Assembly: GCA_050084515.1 (NCBI GenBank)
Contig: CM114271.1
Location: forward strand, 35,402,001-35,466,000
DNA length: 64,000 nt
Direction of reading: 5' to 3'
Source of the DNA: Blasia pusilla
Taxonomy: Eukaryota
Under the pieces are notes generated by a model. The model saw only the letters and a list, made by a program, of their open reading frames with translations. It ran no database searches and was not told the DNA's origin. Numbering within the stretch: the stretch's first letter is position 1; the number at the start of each line of letters is the position of its first letter. Of this stretch, positions 1 to 13,733 are shown in pieces. The position numbers and the translations under genes are program-made.

Positions 1-329
1 TCAGGCGTGCATACCTCATTTTGTCCCCCTCGACATTACACATAGGATAGTCGTATCCCTTGACCTCACCTGCACCATTCTCAAGTCTCTTCTTCGCTTT
101 GAACATGTCAAGATATGGGCTTGATATTCATTGTTTGAGTGGATGTTGTAGAAGTTTATTTGTCTCATCATTTGAAAGAAATAAGGAAAATTTTAGTGGA
201 ATGGGCTCATACATTAGAAAATTGTGACTTGTACGATAACACAAGTTCATCTTATCTCCCACAAGTGGAGAAAAATAATATCTTTGGGTGATGTGTGTGT
301 ATAAGGATTTGCAAGATGTTTCTAAGAAC

Positions 330-800
330 TTGATATCAAACTCTTGTGTATGGAGAACAAAATCTTTTTGACACTTGTGGCACCAAATAGTAATGTTAAA
401 AACTCCACTTTTGAGGGGTTTATGTACATTTAAAGATTTGAATAAGCGAGAAAGAATACCTTGAAATCATCACTTTGAATGCAAAAACACTCAATCTTTG
501 AGTCCTTTGTATTGCTGAAGCAACAAAGAATTCTTTGAGAACGTCACATATGATGCCAAAAACTAGTATTAACAACACAATATTTTTGTGTTTTGTGTTG
601 CATGAGTGACAAAGTACTCCTTGAAAACATCACTTGTGATGCTAAACACTCCAATCTTTGAGTTCTTTTTGTTGCTCAGATGATGGAATAATTATTTGAG
701 AATTTCGCTTATGATGCCAAATACTAGTGTTATATTGCTCAAGTGACAAACAACTCCTTCACAACATCACTTGAGATACAAATACAATGTTCTAAAATAT
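330..800. repeat. Degenerate AT-rich tandem repeats
   Basis: Recurring blocks such as catcacttg.gatgc.aaacactc.aatctttgagt and tatgatgccaaa.actagt at roughly 130-170 bp spacing. Confidence 0.5.
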
Positions 801-1067
801 AAGACATTTATCTTACACTTGATGTTTGAAGTTGTATCGAAGGGGACGCGAGGAATATCTTACATAAACATGTGACTGGCTCCAATGGATGTGAGGGAAG
901 GATATGAGTAGAAAATATTTCACAATTCATAAGAAAGAATATCAAATATATTTTAATAGTCTAACTTAAGGAAAAAAAAAAAAAGGATCATATTCAACCC
1001 AATGCTAAGAGATCCATGAAAATTTTGCTCTTGTCCTTTCATATAAATGCTTGGACATACATGTATT

Positions 1068-1105
1068 TTAAGGACATGAGGTCCTTCAGGACCTCATGTC
1101 CTTAA
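1068..1105. repeat. Perfect 18-bp inverted repeat with 2-nt spacer
   Basis: ttaaggacatgaggtcct-tc-aggacctcatgtccttaa. Confidence 0.9.
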
Positions 1106-2409
1106 GGACCCTAAGGAGATTTTTATACTCTTTTATAAGGATAAACACTTATATGGATATGTGTAGCAAGGGCTTGTAAATATGTCTTACTTGTGTTTGA
1201 TCCTACCTACTTTAATTTGCATGTTTGTTAAGGGATTCCAATTCTTTGTCTTTGAATCTTGAAAGGGAGTATGTATTTAATGCTAGGCTATTTGAAAAAA
1301 AAATTCCAATGGAAATATCCCAAAAATATATTTTAATACATATTTCAACCACTTCTAAACTACAATGGGTGGTCTCACACCAAATACCTTATACATGAAA
1401 ATGTAAAAGGACTATTGAGTGTATTTCAAACTAGTGCTTCTTATAAGTAATCCTAGCTTTAAGAACTACTAAGTTGATTTCAAGCTAGTCCTTACTCCAA
1501 GTAAATCATGATACCTCCTATCCATATGGAAAATTTGTTTTTGGAAAATTTTCAAGAAATATAATCACAAAAGTCTAGGCGCCAGAAAAGGTTTTTAGGC
1601 ACCAAATCTTGTGCTTGAATGGCACTACGTGAGCATAGGGCACTAAGCACCCGATTCTTTATAGATAAAAAAAACTTGAAAATGCCTACATGTGTATTTC
1701 TCACACTAGTGAGAAATAAATATGAGAATTATTCTATAATTTTATTATGCTAGGAGGGATACCTCATTTACTAATAATAGGTTCATCATATTAGAGCATG
1801 AAGCGAGTTATAGAAACTATTTATGGAGGATATTTGTTGTCATTTTGCAACATATATGATATTCCTTTTGGTGCCAAAATTCAAACTATATAAATATAAG
1901 AAGCTAAAAGCACATTCCATGCTCCAATGCTCAAGTCATACATCGCACAAGTGCCAAATGAACATGCCCTAAAATGCCAACAAAAGATATTAGAAAATCT
2001 GAACATATCTATTTTTTCAATGAAATGACATATGACCCTTTAGGAAAGCAAAAAAATCTCTTAAAATACAATATTATGTGTACTTTTGTGCAATGCATTG
2101 GGTCCTAGGGGTTTGTTCATCTTTACCCGATTTGTCCTTCATCATTGGATGCCCCCTACCCAATTTATGGGGTTCTCCCCTCCTCTATCTCACTTTTCAT
2201 CCCCTACTTCGTCTTATGTTGAAATTTAATATTAAAAAAATTTCACATTTTGTAACAACAAATGTCTTCTGTTAAGTGCCTAAATTTTAAGAATTGGAGA
2301 ATTTTATAATATTTAACTCTTTTGCTCTCATAATTTTGATCTGGTGAGTTTAGAAGATAGGGGCAATGTTCCTATCTTTATCAGACCCGTTGTGACATTC
2401 GGATATTCA

Positions 2410-2484
2410 ACTCTTTGAGTTCCCCTCTTTTGTATTTCAGATGAGTTTTCCATCATGCATTTTTATGAAAAGTTCTTCATTCTA
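2410..2484 (+). mobile_element. Isolated, decayed 3' tail of the CRE-like non-LTR retrotransposon family
   Basis: ctctttgagttcccctcttttgtatttcagatgagttttccatcatgcatttttatg matches the tails at 10125-10197 and 28000-28078. Confidence 0.7.
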
Positions 2485-2552
2485 ATAAATCCAAAATAAG
2501 CTGAAGTTAAAAAGAATTGCCATAGAGAGTCATGAGCGAATTGAGAGAACTC

Positions 2553-2730
2553 CTCCATAGCCCTATCTTTTACCAAAAGTCTTAAAAGTAGAGTAAATTC
2601 CTTTACGCCATAGCCTTATCTTGTACAAAGTCTTAAAAGTAAAGTGTATTTCTTTCCTCCATAGCCCTGTCTTTTACCATGTCTTAAAAGTAAAGTATAT
2701 TTCTTTCCTCCTTAGCCCTATCTCTTACCA
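2553..2730. repeat. ~52-bp tandem repeat (about 3.5 copies, with another copy near 2915-2965)
   Basis: Unit approximately ccatagccctatcttttacca.agtcttaaaagta.agt. Confidence 0.8.
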
Positions 2731-3169
2731 TCATCGGAAAGAGACAATATTACAATTTAGGACTGTTATTAAATTAAAACATAAAAAAAGTAATCTTCTT
2801 TTTATAGTATTAAAAGAAGTCGAGATTTCGAAAACATTTAACTAAATGCTAAAAGAAGAATTAAAAGTACTGATTAAAACAACTATCAAAAGTTCCAAAT
2901 ATAGGTCAGATATATACCAAGTCTTAAAAGTAGAGTGAAAGTGTTTCGTCCGCAGCCCTATCTTCCACGGGAATGGCCGTCATACTAGTGTTCCCCTGCG
3001 TGGATTTTTGAGCAGTGGTTCGTTGGAATCGAGCTCGCGAAAAGAGAGTGATCCAAAGCCCAATGTTTAACGAATCACGACAGGTGCTCGCTCTGTGTGG
3101 TGAGCGTGCTTTGACCGCATTTTGTGCGTGAGCTACGCCGCAAAGTCTTCGTCCGTGGAGGCTATGGAG

Positions 3170-3770
3170 AGTAGGAACAGGCGCTTAGCTTTCCCACGCG
3201 AGTGCGATTCTCGTGAGCGCCATCCGCTCGCTCCCACGCAGTGTCATCAGGTTTTCCACTTCATGCTGGCGAGGACAACAGGATTGGCGAATTGGAAGCG
3301 CAGGTCCTCGACCTTGGGTTGGAAAAGGCGCTTAGATTTCCCTCGCGAGGGCCTAACCGGTTGGATTCTCATGAGCGCTATTCACTTTCTCGCAGTAGTA
3401 CTGTTTATGCTTCTTTAGAGCGTTTCGCTGACTCTTCATTCTGGAAAGGAGCGCGATTGATGTTGCCTCTGCGTCCATCAGATTTTCCGCCTCATGCTGG
3501 AAAGCACAACAGGATTGGCGAATTGGATCAGCAACTGCTCGACCTCGGGCTGGAATAGGCGCTTCGCTTTCCTTGCGAGGGTATGGCGAGTTTGATTCTC
3601 ATGAGCGCCATTCTATCCCACGCAGAACTATATTTTGTTCTTCGGAGCATTTCGCTGACGATTCGTTCCGGAGAGGAGCGTGATTGATATTTACCACCGC
3701 GTCCATCATATTTCCCATTTCATGCTAGAAACGACAACAGGATTGGGAAATTGCATGAGACAGCGTTCGA
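3170..3770. repeat. Degenerate 150-240 bp tandem repeat, three copies
   Basis: aggcgcttag..gattctc.tgagcgc..catgct.g....acaacaggattgg.gaattg recurs, with unit starts near 3180, 3327 and 3558. Confidence 0.7.
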
Positions 3771-4911
3771 CATCAAGTTGCATGTGTGAAGTGTGAAATT
3801 TTAGCGCACTTGATCGAGAAACTTCGTTTCGTCGTTTGGGGAAGAGTGCTGTGTTCCGCACGATCGTTGACCGCCCTCGAGTTTCGCTGTTAGTGAGGAA
3901 AGATGGCGTAATTGATTCAGCGGACGGCCTACTCCATTCGGACGGTCCGCGAGTCTCTTGGAATCGCGTCCGGGAGGTACATCATGCGAACGTGCGTGGT
4001 AAGGCAAGACGCGATGTGCCAGTGCTTACGACTTCGCGCAAAACGATCGTAAGCTGTTAGATTTTGTGGAGTGCTTGCTTTAGATCATAAAGATTAAAAA
4101 AGCTAAGAATTTTCGTTCAATGCTGCGCCGGCCGATGTCAGAGGGGACGACGATGGTCGCGGTTCGTTTAGGGTCGCAGACGCTCGAAGCTAGTGAAAAC
4201 GAGAGGAGGAACGGCAGGGAAGGGGTGAGGAATAGAGAGGGCATGATCGCAGGGCTCGACCACGACATGCGAATGTCTGAGGGAAACGGGCACAACACTG
4301 ACTGGGACGAAGCTCAATTCAAACTGCACTCAATCACGCGAATTTCACGCTGGCACTTACCATCACGAGGAAAGAGACGGTGCGCAGAACTATGCATCCA
4401 TTCTTACCAACGTGTGGAGTAATAATTCCGACATGTATTACTGTACATGTTAATCAATAGGATTTTCCATCGCAACTCGAAGTCGCTGAAAGTGATGAAA
4501 GTTACTAAAATCTACGTCGTAGTCATATCATGCCGCTAGGATACTACTAGTATACATCGACATCTCTCCGGGATCATGCTGAGAATGTGAGTTAGGCGAG
4601 GGAAACGGAGAGATGTACCACAGGGTTTCGGGAGTTCATGTACGTATGCTGCTGCTCCAGGTGTGTCTCGTTGCGTCCTAAACGGCCCTCCATTATAATC
4701 TTTGGGTGTGAAAGAATCTTACCATCCACAGCGTTCAGCGCAGACATCATCCGCTAATAAGATAGATCCTCGTAACACACACGTTGGGAATGAATCGACC
4801 ACAGGATGTCGGAGAAGATCGACACGACTCGCCATGGAGATTTAGTTGAGCCTCCGAGGATGGTCGGAACGGGAGACAACGCCAAATCCTGTTCGCGGAC
4901 GTGGTGTGCGA

Positions 4912-7220
4912 TTACGTCGACTCTAACAGAGAAGAGCTGACACTCTTACCAGTCTGTTGCGAGGGCCCCTCTAAGGATTCCGGGAGATATTCGAGCTGCA
5001 GGAGAGTGGACGCGTTCACTCCTGCTCCGAATCGAATTTCGGCCTCTTTCATGAATCGAGCGACTGCTCTGTTGACATAGTCGTTGCCCTCCCCCACATT
5101 CATCTTTTTTCCTAGATTAGGATACCCGCTGAGCACGTAATCTCCATTCAGCTGGGAAGCTAGCTGCACCAACTCCTGCTGAAACTGCGTGAGTGGTCGG
5201 TTTTCATCTGGTGCAGTATGCCTCAATGTCTGCGGAATTGGAAGTGTCACTGCATAGAATCGAAACAAGAACGAACGGATCAGTGCTAGTTCCGCGCATC
5301 AAGGGCGGCCGCGTTCGGGAAGATTAGCAGGGGCGAATGACAGTAGGTAGGAAGAGAGGCAATGGCTTTGCAGAGGACCGTCACTATTACCATCAACGAT
5401 GATTATAATTGAGGACTTTGAACAGTACGTTTAAAACCACAAACACGGCTACGGTGAGACGGGGTGATTACAAATGTCGCCACATTCCAGAAAACGACGA
5501 GAGCAAAATACGAAACTCTGTTGGTGCAATGGAAACCAAAAAAGTGGTAAAAGTGATCCTTCATCCTGTGCACGAGTTTCGTTGCATCAAAGAGAAGGAG
5601 GCGGAAAAAAGTGCGAAGGTAGAACCTCCCAAATTTCTCAAATACAAGAGGTGCGAAGCCTTACTTGGACAGTCCTTTCTTGGTTCCGTCCGTTGATTGA
5701 AAATGTGCTCAAAAGTCCCCGCCCACGCATCTCTCTTCGTCAGAAAGTCCTTCAGACCGAAAATCTTCTTCACAGTTGCTGCTATCGACGAATGCTCGTA
5801 CTGAGAATCGGGTGTCGGACCATCAGGTCCGTGCACGACTGCCACGAACACAAGACCGGTAGATCAGAAGCTGTACTGCAGCAAGCGATGTCTAGAGCCT
5901 GTCCGTCATCAAGCTTGCATCAAATCGACATCCCTCTGCTAAACCCTCCACAATCCCCTCGTACTGACTGGGACGACACGGGCTTGCATGCCCGTGACCA
6001 ACAGCAAGAAACGAGCGGAGGTGCTGCGTGAAGAGTTGCGATGAACATGGGAAACACCCCCACTGCATGAGCCCTCGACCGCAAGGCATTGACTGTGTAG
6101 ACGTAGAAACGGAGACCCTGTGACACATACCTGTGCCCTTGTTGATCCATGGGGAGATGGCAACAGTGGGGACGCGGACGCCAAGCCTGTCAAATCGGAA
6201 GTAATACGGTTCAGGTCCAATCAAACCGTCGGGGTTTGGGACATTGTTCACTGGCGTGGGCACATGGTCGTAGAAACCACCGTGCTCGTCGTAAGTGACC
6301 AGCAACAACGTCTCCTCCCATTGAGGACTCGCCCGAAGCGTCTCGTACACCTCCTTGAGCAACTTCTGGCCTTCCGCGATGTCATGTGATGGGTGATCGT
6401 CATTCGCGGGCAGGATGTTCATGTCGAAGTACCGTTGCTCGATGACCACGTAGTTGGGTAGCTTCCCTAACCTTGCGTGGAGCTTGAAGAACAGACTGTA
6501 GTCTTTGAAATTCAGAATGTTCCTCAACTTCCGAAGCCCGGAGAAAAACAGAGTCGCGGGGATGTTCTGGTAGTAAATTCCCCATGACAGTCCTGCGTCT
6601 GAAATGGAGTCGAAAATCGTCTTCTGAGGGAAGCCTGCGACCAGATCCGCTCTCACATTGCTCATGGCACCATGGGAGGTAGCTGAGTGGACGTACAAGC
6701 GATTGGGCTGAGTGGAAGTTGGGGCCGCAGAGAACCATTTGTCGAACACCGCGAACTCCATCGCCAGAGACGACGTGATGGGAACGACTTCTGGCCTGAA
6801 TCCGCTCATGACTCTCTCCGGGAATCCTTCTTCGTATTCCATACTAACCGCCTGCTGCACAAACCCGTTCATGGGAGGTGGATTCGCGGAAGTGTCATTG
6901 GACCCGAACACTTGTTCCCGAATCGCCTGGAACGAATGGCCAGGGTCAGGGTCAACGAATTCCGATCTGTCTGAGACGAAGATGCGCTCGGAGCTAAGGT
7001 CCGTCGCGTTCATAGGGTTACTTTCTTTTCCCGTCAGCCCATCAATTTCAGGATTCAATCGTTTCAGCCATCCCATCATATGGTCAAACGACCGATTCTC
7101 CATCACTACTACCACCACCGTCTTGATCGGCCCATTGATCTCTCGGTGCCTTCTCGCGTAGACGCTGGACGGATGCACATGGCACAGAAGTAGCAGAATC
7201 AGCGCCCATCGTGTCTTCAT
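4912..7220 (-). CDS. NPC1: Non-specific phospholipase C (phosphoesterase family), NPC1-like; exons 7220-6131, 5838-5665, 5249-4912 (533 aa)
   Basis: N-terminal signal peptide [12 protein letters not shown]; motifs [54 protein letters not shown]. Two GT-AG phase-1 introns join into an in-frame 1602 nt CDS. An alternative in-frame ATG lies at 7271. Confidence 0.93.
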
Positions 7221-9454
7221 AGCTATGCCGCGCTCGGCACTACTGATTTTCCTCGCTCCCAGGGCAGACATGTCTAGAGTTCCGGCCCACGAGCTGAGAG
7301 AACTGTTCACCACAATTGCCACACAGAGCGAGAGTTCGTCAATACACGCATTCCACGAATTAAAAAACGCAAATTGGACGCAAGTCGGAGCTGAAAGCAA
7401 CTGTCTCCAAGTTTTAGAGGTGGCCGCTGCGGCGAAAATCAGATCAGGCGATCATCGTTTCCACTGTGGCCATTCCCAACCGATTGTAAGGATTGTGAGC
7501 CGAAACCGTTTCGAGAACGGATTCCTCCCTCCCGCCCCACAAAATCAAGAAATTGAGAAAAGCATTCAGATCCTTTTCGAATCCATCTGAAAGTCATCGA
7601 CGTCCCATCTTTCAACTCCATCGCCATCGCAGATACACACACATGTGGCCCCAAGACTCTAGTATCTGAGTTTAAAAGTAAAGCGAAAGACGCTCCGCTC
7701 AGAACTAGTGCTTGCACATCGCGAATTTCAGCTGTACCCAAACCCCACATTGAAAGCGCGCTGTGGGGCACGACCTTCCGTAAAAGGCATAGAAACTGGG
7801 GGATTGTGCGCACCGTCGAGCTAGAATTACCAGTTCCGACCAATTGAAATGCGCTAGCAAAAAGAGATTTTCCAGTTCGACTGGCTCGACGCGTTGCGAC
7901 ATACCCGAGAACTCGACGATTTTGCAATTGTTGTGCGTAACACCGAAGGTTCGGAGGCTCCTTCACATGGACCGAGTTTTCATCCTCCTAATGACAGCTT
8001 CCTCTTCATCCACGAGCTCTGCCGAGGACTTACGCTGAAATTCCTGCCACCATCAACTCCATAGTCTCAGTTCCCAAACGGCCCACGGCCTCGAGTTTCA
8101 GCCTCTGCAATTGAACAATGCAAACGTCTGACAATGCAAGAAATGCCCTCAGAAGCTTCTTCCCCACTCGGTAACAATCCGCCTAACCCTACTCTCTCTC
8201 TCTCCAGTACTATCGTACGCACCTGCCAACGCCGACCCTCCTTTCCTCGATCAAATCCTCTGGCAGACTCCGCCCTCACGCACCGTAACAACACGCAGTT
8301 CTATTCCCTATTTCGCGCCTGTCCTTTCACTGCAATCCCTTCTTTCCTCCCTCTCCCTCTCACACACGAAAAGAAAAGTGAACCCGAGTCAGAAACTAAC
8401 CCCGCCTCCCTCGTCTCCACAGACTGCTGCGAGGGACATTCCCCATTTCGCAATCTTCCTCCTCTGTTTATAGATTTCGTGTGCCCCGCCCATCGAGCGC
8501 GCTCCCTGGCCCTCCCTGCTCCGGACTCGAGACTCCGGCGCTCTCCGGAGGTCTGGTTGGAATCGGGCGACGAGGGCCAAGGGAACTAGAGAAGGGAAGG
8601 GAAGGGACGGGGAGAAGGCTCCTTCTTGGGACGGTACGGCGCTGGGACGGGTAAGTAAAGAAGAGCGCGGGGTAAACGTTGTTGTTGTTGTACGTGGGGT
8701 CCCACTTTGTCGTCGAGAATGAGGCGGGCGACTGTGCGAAGGAGCGGGCAGGAGCCAAAAAAAGCGAAATTGCGCCCTTTAGGGGGACTGATCAGTGGGG
8801 GGAAATGAAAACACAATTAAGAGCGGCTTAACCCGGTCTGTCTGGGGGTGGGCGGAAGGTCCAAACGAGGTCAGCCCCCATGCGTTTGAGAGTCTGGTCT
8901 CGCGGAGAACCGGTGTCGACGGTGCTTCCCGTGTTCCGAGAATCGGACCCTCATCTAACGGTCCAGATGGAATGCCGAATCGTTGGATGGGGTGACCTGC
9001 CGCAGCCGGTAGTGCTCGCGGGGCTGCGTGCGATGTAAGATGTAAGGTTACTTCGCCGAGGAGATCCCGTGGCCGAGCGAGAGTCGCCCGTGACCGCGAA
9101 TCCAACCGGCGAAAATAACCTCCCACGGGACGACACCGGTAAGCATACTACGTATTTGTCATGGAGACACCGGCAACGCTTCCCATCCACGCGTCCGACG
9201 CCGGCGTGCCCACGACGGACGGACGGACGGACGGCCGGCCGGTCGGCACAGAAGAAACGAGGCGGGGTAGGTGAATGAATCCCGCCCGCATCGCATCTAA
9301 ACGTATTGACCTAAGGAATTAATAAATCGTCTTAACTACGGACGCTAAGAAATCCGACACGCCTTCTTCGAAACCCCACATTAAAGCCCGATGAAATTCG
9401 GTCCTTTCGGATCGCGGAAAATATATATATATAAAATATGAGAAATTTATCATT

Positions 9455-10200
9455 ATATGATTGGTATGCATTTAACACATTATCCAATTGGAGTTATGTA
9501 GTAATTCACGATGCAGTACGCGATATCATGTTCAATATTGTTCGGAAGAATGGTTTCCATGTGCAGAGAGAGAGGTACTATTCCATGGAGGATTCCCTTA
9601 TTCGAGCTGATCTTTACATGACATGAGAGGCTGAGGTGGTGGTGGCGGACGTGGTAGATACAGATCCTACGCGGGAGGCAGTGCGAGCCCAAGTGGTGGC
9701 CCAAGGGCGAATGCTACAAGGAGCGGTCGCGCCGCCGGTGAAGAAGACACATATCTACAGTCGACATCACGAGGGACACATCTTCATCCCCCTGGCCATA
9801 GAGATGTATGGGGCTATGGGGGAGAGGTTTGACTCGTTCCTTACGGACTGCGCCCATCATCTCCAATCGAGAAATGGGTTGTCCTTAGCTACTGCGAGTC
9901 TCTATTGTAGGCAGCGGGTCTCCATAGCGTTGCAGCTTGCCCAGGCTAATGGGCTTTTGCGGCGGGCTCAGGCTGTGGGAGACGCCGGAGCTAGAGGCCT
10001 ACTTAGTAGTAGTCATAGCTCTCTTGTTGTTGTTGATATTATCTCTACTGTTGGTGAGTTTCGTCGTTAGGGGGGGAATGCCCCCTTCTTCCTTTTCTGG
10101 TCTTGTTGTAGCCTTCAGGTTTTGACTCTTTGAGTCCCCCTCTTTTGTACTTCCGATAGGTTTTCCATCACACGTTTTTATCGAAGTGCATCATTCTCTC
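9455..10200 (+). mobile_element. 5'-truncated CRE-like (RLE-type) non-LTR retrotransposon: endonuclease domain plus 3' tail
   Basis: HDAVRD...RADLY..VVADV...K..Y...FIPLAIEMYG...RVSIALQ.AQA pattern typical of restriction-like endonuclease C-termini. In-frame stop at 9624; family tail ending gaagtgcatcatt. Confidence 0.8.
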
Positions 10201-10570
10201 ACGATACGAAAGAGGGGGCATGGAAACTCAAAAAATGGACATCAAGAGGTTGGAACCATCCCCGAGGAGAAAGAAAGGGCCTTCCCCCTAACGACCAAAA
10301 TCACCAAGAGCAGATATAATATCAGCACCACTTAGAGAACTATGACTATTACTAAGCGGGCCTCTAGCATTAGCGTCTCCAACCGCCTGAGCCCGCCGCA
10401 GAAGCTCATTTGCCTGGGCGCGATGTAAAGTTATGAAAACCCGTTGCCCACAATAAAATATCGCATGATTAAAGACAACCCATTTCTCGATTGGAGATGA
10501 TGTGCACAATCCATAAGGAACGAGTCAAACCTCTCTCCTATCGCCTCGTACATCTGAATGACTAGAGGAT
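10201..10570 (-). mobile_element. Older, more diverged CRE-like fragment, tail-to-tail with the previous copy
   Basis: Translates YPLVIQMYEAIGERFDSFLMDCAHHLQSRNGLS / AQANELLRRAQAVGDA...GDFGR*, frameshifted. Confidence 0.8.
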
Positions 10571-11642
10571 AAACACGCACATGAGAGATTATATTATCCG
10601 TATATTCCCACCGGAACGGCCCCAACAGGAAGCTGCACTGCAGTCAGTTTAGTTGGTTAGAAGAGCACGACTGCCAATATTAGAACCGAAGCAACGTAAA
10701 ACTCTCGCCACCTCAGGACTCGGGAACGAAGTCAAGTGCGAACGAATCATCATGACCCCGGGGCCCACCGATGATTGCAGTCAGTGGGTCAGTGCACTTC
10801 AAAAGCCGGCATCTGGTTGGGCAAAGTATAAGGGACAATACTTTGGCATTGTGCGGTTTCTCTGGTGCGGACCGCTGTTCCTCCTGCGACGCTGATCGGG
10901 TCCTACGACGCGGAAAAAGAGGGTTTTTCCCTTTTACTCTTGTCGGTAATGACTGTGATTGGTTGGATACGGACGCCTTCCGTCTTATCCTTTTCTTTTC
11001 CTTCGTTTTTACTCCCCGCCCCCTGCCCGCCTCTCTCTACCCTTGCCCCAGTCGGATCGAGCAAACGCGACAGCGTACCCCGTAAACAAACGGCCCGAAA
11101 TTAGGCTTTCCGTTTCCGGTCACCGGGCTCTGCTTGTGTTCGGGTTCCAGATAGATTCGGTCCCGACCAACAGGACGCCTCCACGTTGGGATACGCAGAT
11201 CTTTCTCGCAAGGACCTGCTCCACCAAGGAACGCCCAGTAGCCGGTTCCGATGAGGAGCGGCCTTTCATGAGGGAGGAGCGTCTGTCTTTGTGGATGGAT
11301 GTATTTGGTTGGGGGTTTTAGTTGCTTCGTACGTATGTTCGCTCTGCTTAGTAGAGAAGATGCTCGGCGATGGATGGAGGGTTTTAACATCTCACCAGCT
11401 TGTCGTTCGGTCAGGTCTGCCCGCAGGGGCAGGTTAATTAGATTAAAAGATTTTATGTGAAATGAAAAGACCAGAGCGCGCACACCCTATAAATTAAGTC
11501 AGGAAGTCTTCTTTCTTAGCTCTTGTGTGTTTCCTCTCCTGCATCCGTTTATTTTAATTCGGAGAGGTTTCCTCATTTTCTGTCATTTTTCTCATTTCTT
11601 TTTATAAAAAACTGAAAAAATTAGAGGCCCCCATATGTATCA

Positions 11643-11690
11643 CTAGTAAGGTGCATGTAAGTGTATTTGCGATGCGCGGTCCTCTTTTCA
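11643..11690 (-). mobile_element. Helitron-type 3' terminus (5' end not located)
   Basis: Minus strand reads gcatcgca...gcaccttaCTAG|t, matching the other Helitron ends in the window. Confidence 0.5.
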
Positions 11691-13550
11691 TGACTCCCAA
11701 CCATTTTTTCACGCAAAAATCGATCGCACATGTTGAATAGTCGATCCTCCCATTAGTATATAGATTCATGAGAAGTTGGGAGGACGACACACAATAGATC
11801 GATAGAACTTTGGAAACAATAGGAGGGCTCATTGTGGGTAGATGATGGATTTTCCATGTCTTGTCCACTCCTTTCAATCTTACATGGCACAGTCTAAAGG
11901 CATGTTAAGCAATGTTAATTCCCCGATGGCTTATTAATCAATTTCTTTCCATAAAAATCTAATAAGTAATTTAGTTTTGTAAAAAAATGACTTTGAAAAG
12001 GAAACAAGACATGAAAATGGAAGAAGAATCATGAATTTTTTAAAATAAGAAAATAGGGTCATGGTAATTTCAAGGAATTGTGAATAATTTTTTCAGGATA
12101 AATATTGGGAGTATTCACATTTTCAACCTTTTATGAAGTGAATTTCTGAAAAAAAAAAGAATTCTTTCTATTTCCAGAATAAAAAATACAAGTAGTTTCA
12201 AGTAGTTAATTTCATGTCATGAGGTTTAAAAAAAAATCTACAAGTTACGTACATCCGAATGGGATCCCTTATATTTATATATATATATATATACATATAT
12301 ATGAGATAAATATATCAACGTTGGTTGCATTAGTTTTTAAATTTTTGCATGGTATCTCTTGAACCCTCTGTTTTTTACATCAAATTACACGTACTTGCAA
12401 TTCAGATTTTTTTATTTATGTAAGATACATAGGAAAGATTGTGATGGTTTAAATAACAATCATATTTCAAAATTGCATTAATTATATCCTTGACCACCAA
12501 TCAAAAAAGAAGTCATCTAAGCTCCATGTTAGGGAATGGTGTGGATGTCACAACTATAAAACAAGTGCCTCCTTCATGCGCTTCTTCTTTTCGATCCATA
12601 TTTCATGGAAGGACTTCAGTTTAATCATATGGGGATCTTATAATCCTTCTATGATGTGCCCTCTTCATTTGGGGAAGTTATAATTCAATATGTATCATGT
12701 TGCAAAAGACGATTCATAAATTTATTGTGGGCATCCATTTTTTATGGAAAGATCTATGCTCTTCTCTTTAACATTATGTTGAGAGATTATTATTGAAAAT
12801 TTCTCTTTCCTTTCTCCATAAGTTTACCCATATGTTATGATGAATTTCTTTCTTGTGACCTAGAGGAGAGTGATTCTAAGTGAAATATTTTTTTATAGAG
12901 AGGTTCGTCCGTGAGGTTAAATTTTTTTGGAGACATTCATATTTATGATCATGATAAATTTTGGGGCATATTTTTTTTGGAAAGCTTCAAAGATCGCCAT
13001 GAGAGCAGAATATGAGTCATTGTATAGACCTTAGTCTAAGATCCACACGCTAGCATAGATCCAAGGAGTGAGTAATGTTCATGGATCAAATCTTGGAGTC
13101 TACACCTTGTACCAAGAATGTGATTATAACATATTGGCCCTAAATAAATGAATTTGCTAGAGTTTCCTAGATTTAAAAACTTTATCAAAATTTAGAAATC
13201 AATATGTGAATACAGATTTAGAGATTAAAAAATCCCCAAAAATATATGTAGAAACCAAAATGTAAGATTAGTAAATTTAATAATCTAAGAAAAATATTGT
13301 CTTAAAACTATCCAAATATTATTAGCCAACCAAAATCCCAAATATGTCATTTACTTTGAAGGATAATAGTATCACTACATGTATATATTAGGCCTACTTA
13401 AATAAGACTTCAACTTCTGTTTAGGAGAATGATGTTCTTCCGATATACTTATGAATTTCTTCACCTTTTATTGGTCTATGCCCAAATTGTTTCATGTAAG
13501 TTATTACTAACTTGATCTCATGACATGAAAGAAAATCCTTATAAGAGTCA

Positions 13551-13733
13551 CCTATACTATTATTTGAGGAGCGGTTTTCAAATGGCGACACATGAGTGTT
13601 CACCACGTGTCATTTGAAGTCCATAAGTCCAGAATGTATTACTCGTGGCATGAGCGGGTATTTAGGTGGCATAATTGGGCATTTAGGGTTACAGGGACCA
13701 TGCATCGCAGGGTCCCTCACGGGGCCTAACTAC
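13551..13733 (+). mobile_element. Mini-Helitron family B, decayed termini
   Basis: a|cCTATACTATTATTTGAGGAGC ... gggaccatgcatcgcagggtccc hairpin ... taaCTAC|t; homologous to 40090-40244. Confidence 0.7.

Noticed and set aside
2553-2730. Regularly spaced repeats resembling a CRISPR array (also 58105-58265)
   Set aside because: Units are contiguous tandem copies without unique spacers; eukaryotic context and no cas genes.
5892-6130. C-terminal part of the 502-aa NPC ORF
   Set aside because: Read-through into intron 1; the conserved sequence resumes in the exon starting at 5838.
9506-10205. tcacgat at both ends of the CRE copy as a possible 7-bp TSD
   Set aside because: Decayed element homology continues upstream to ~9455, so the left 7-mer is internal.
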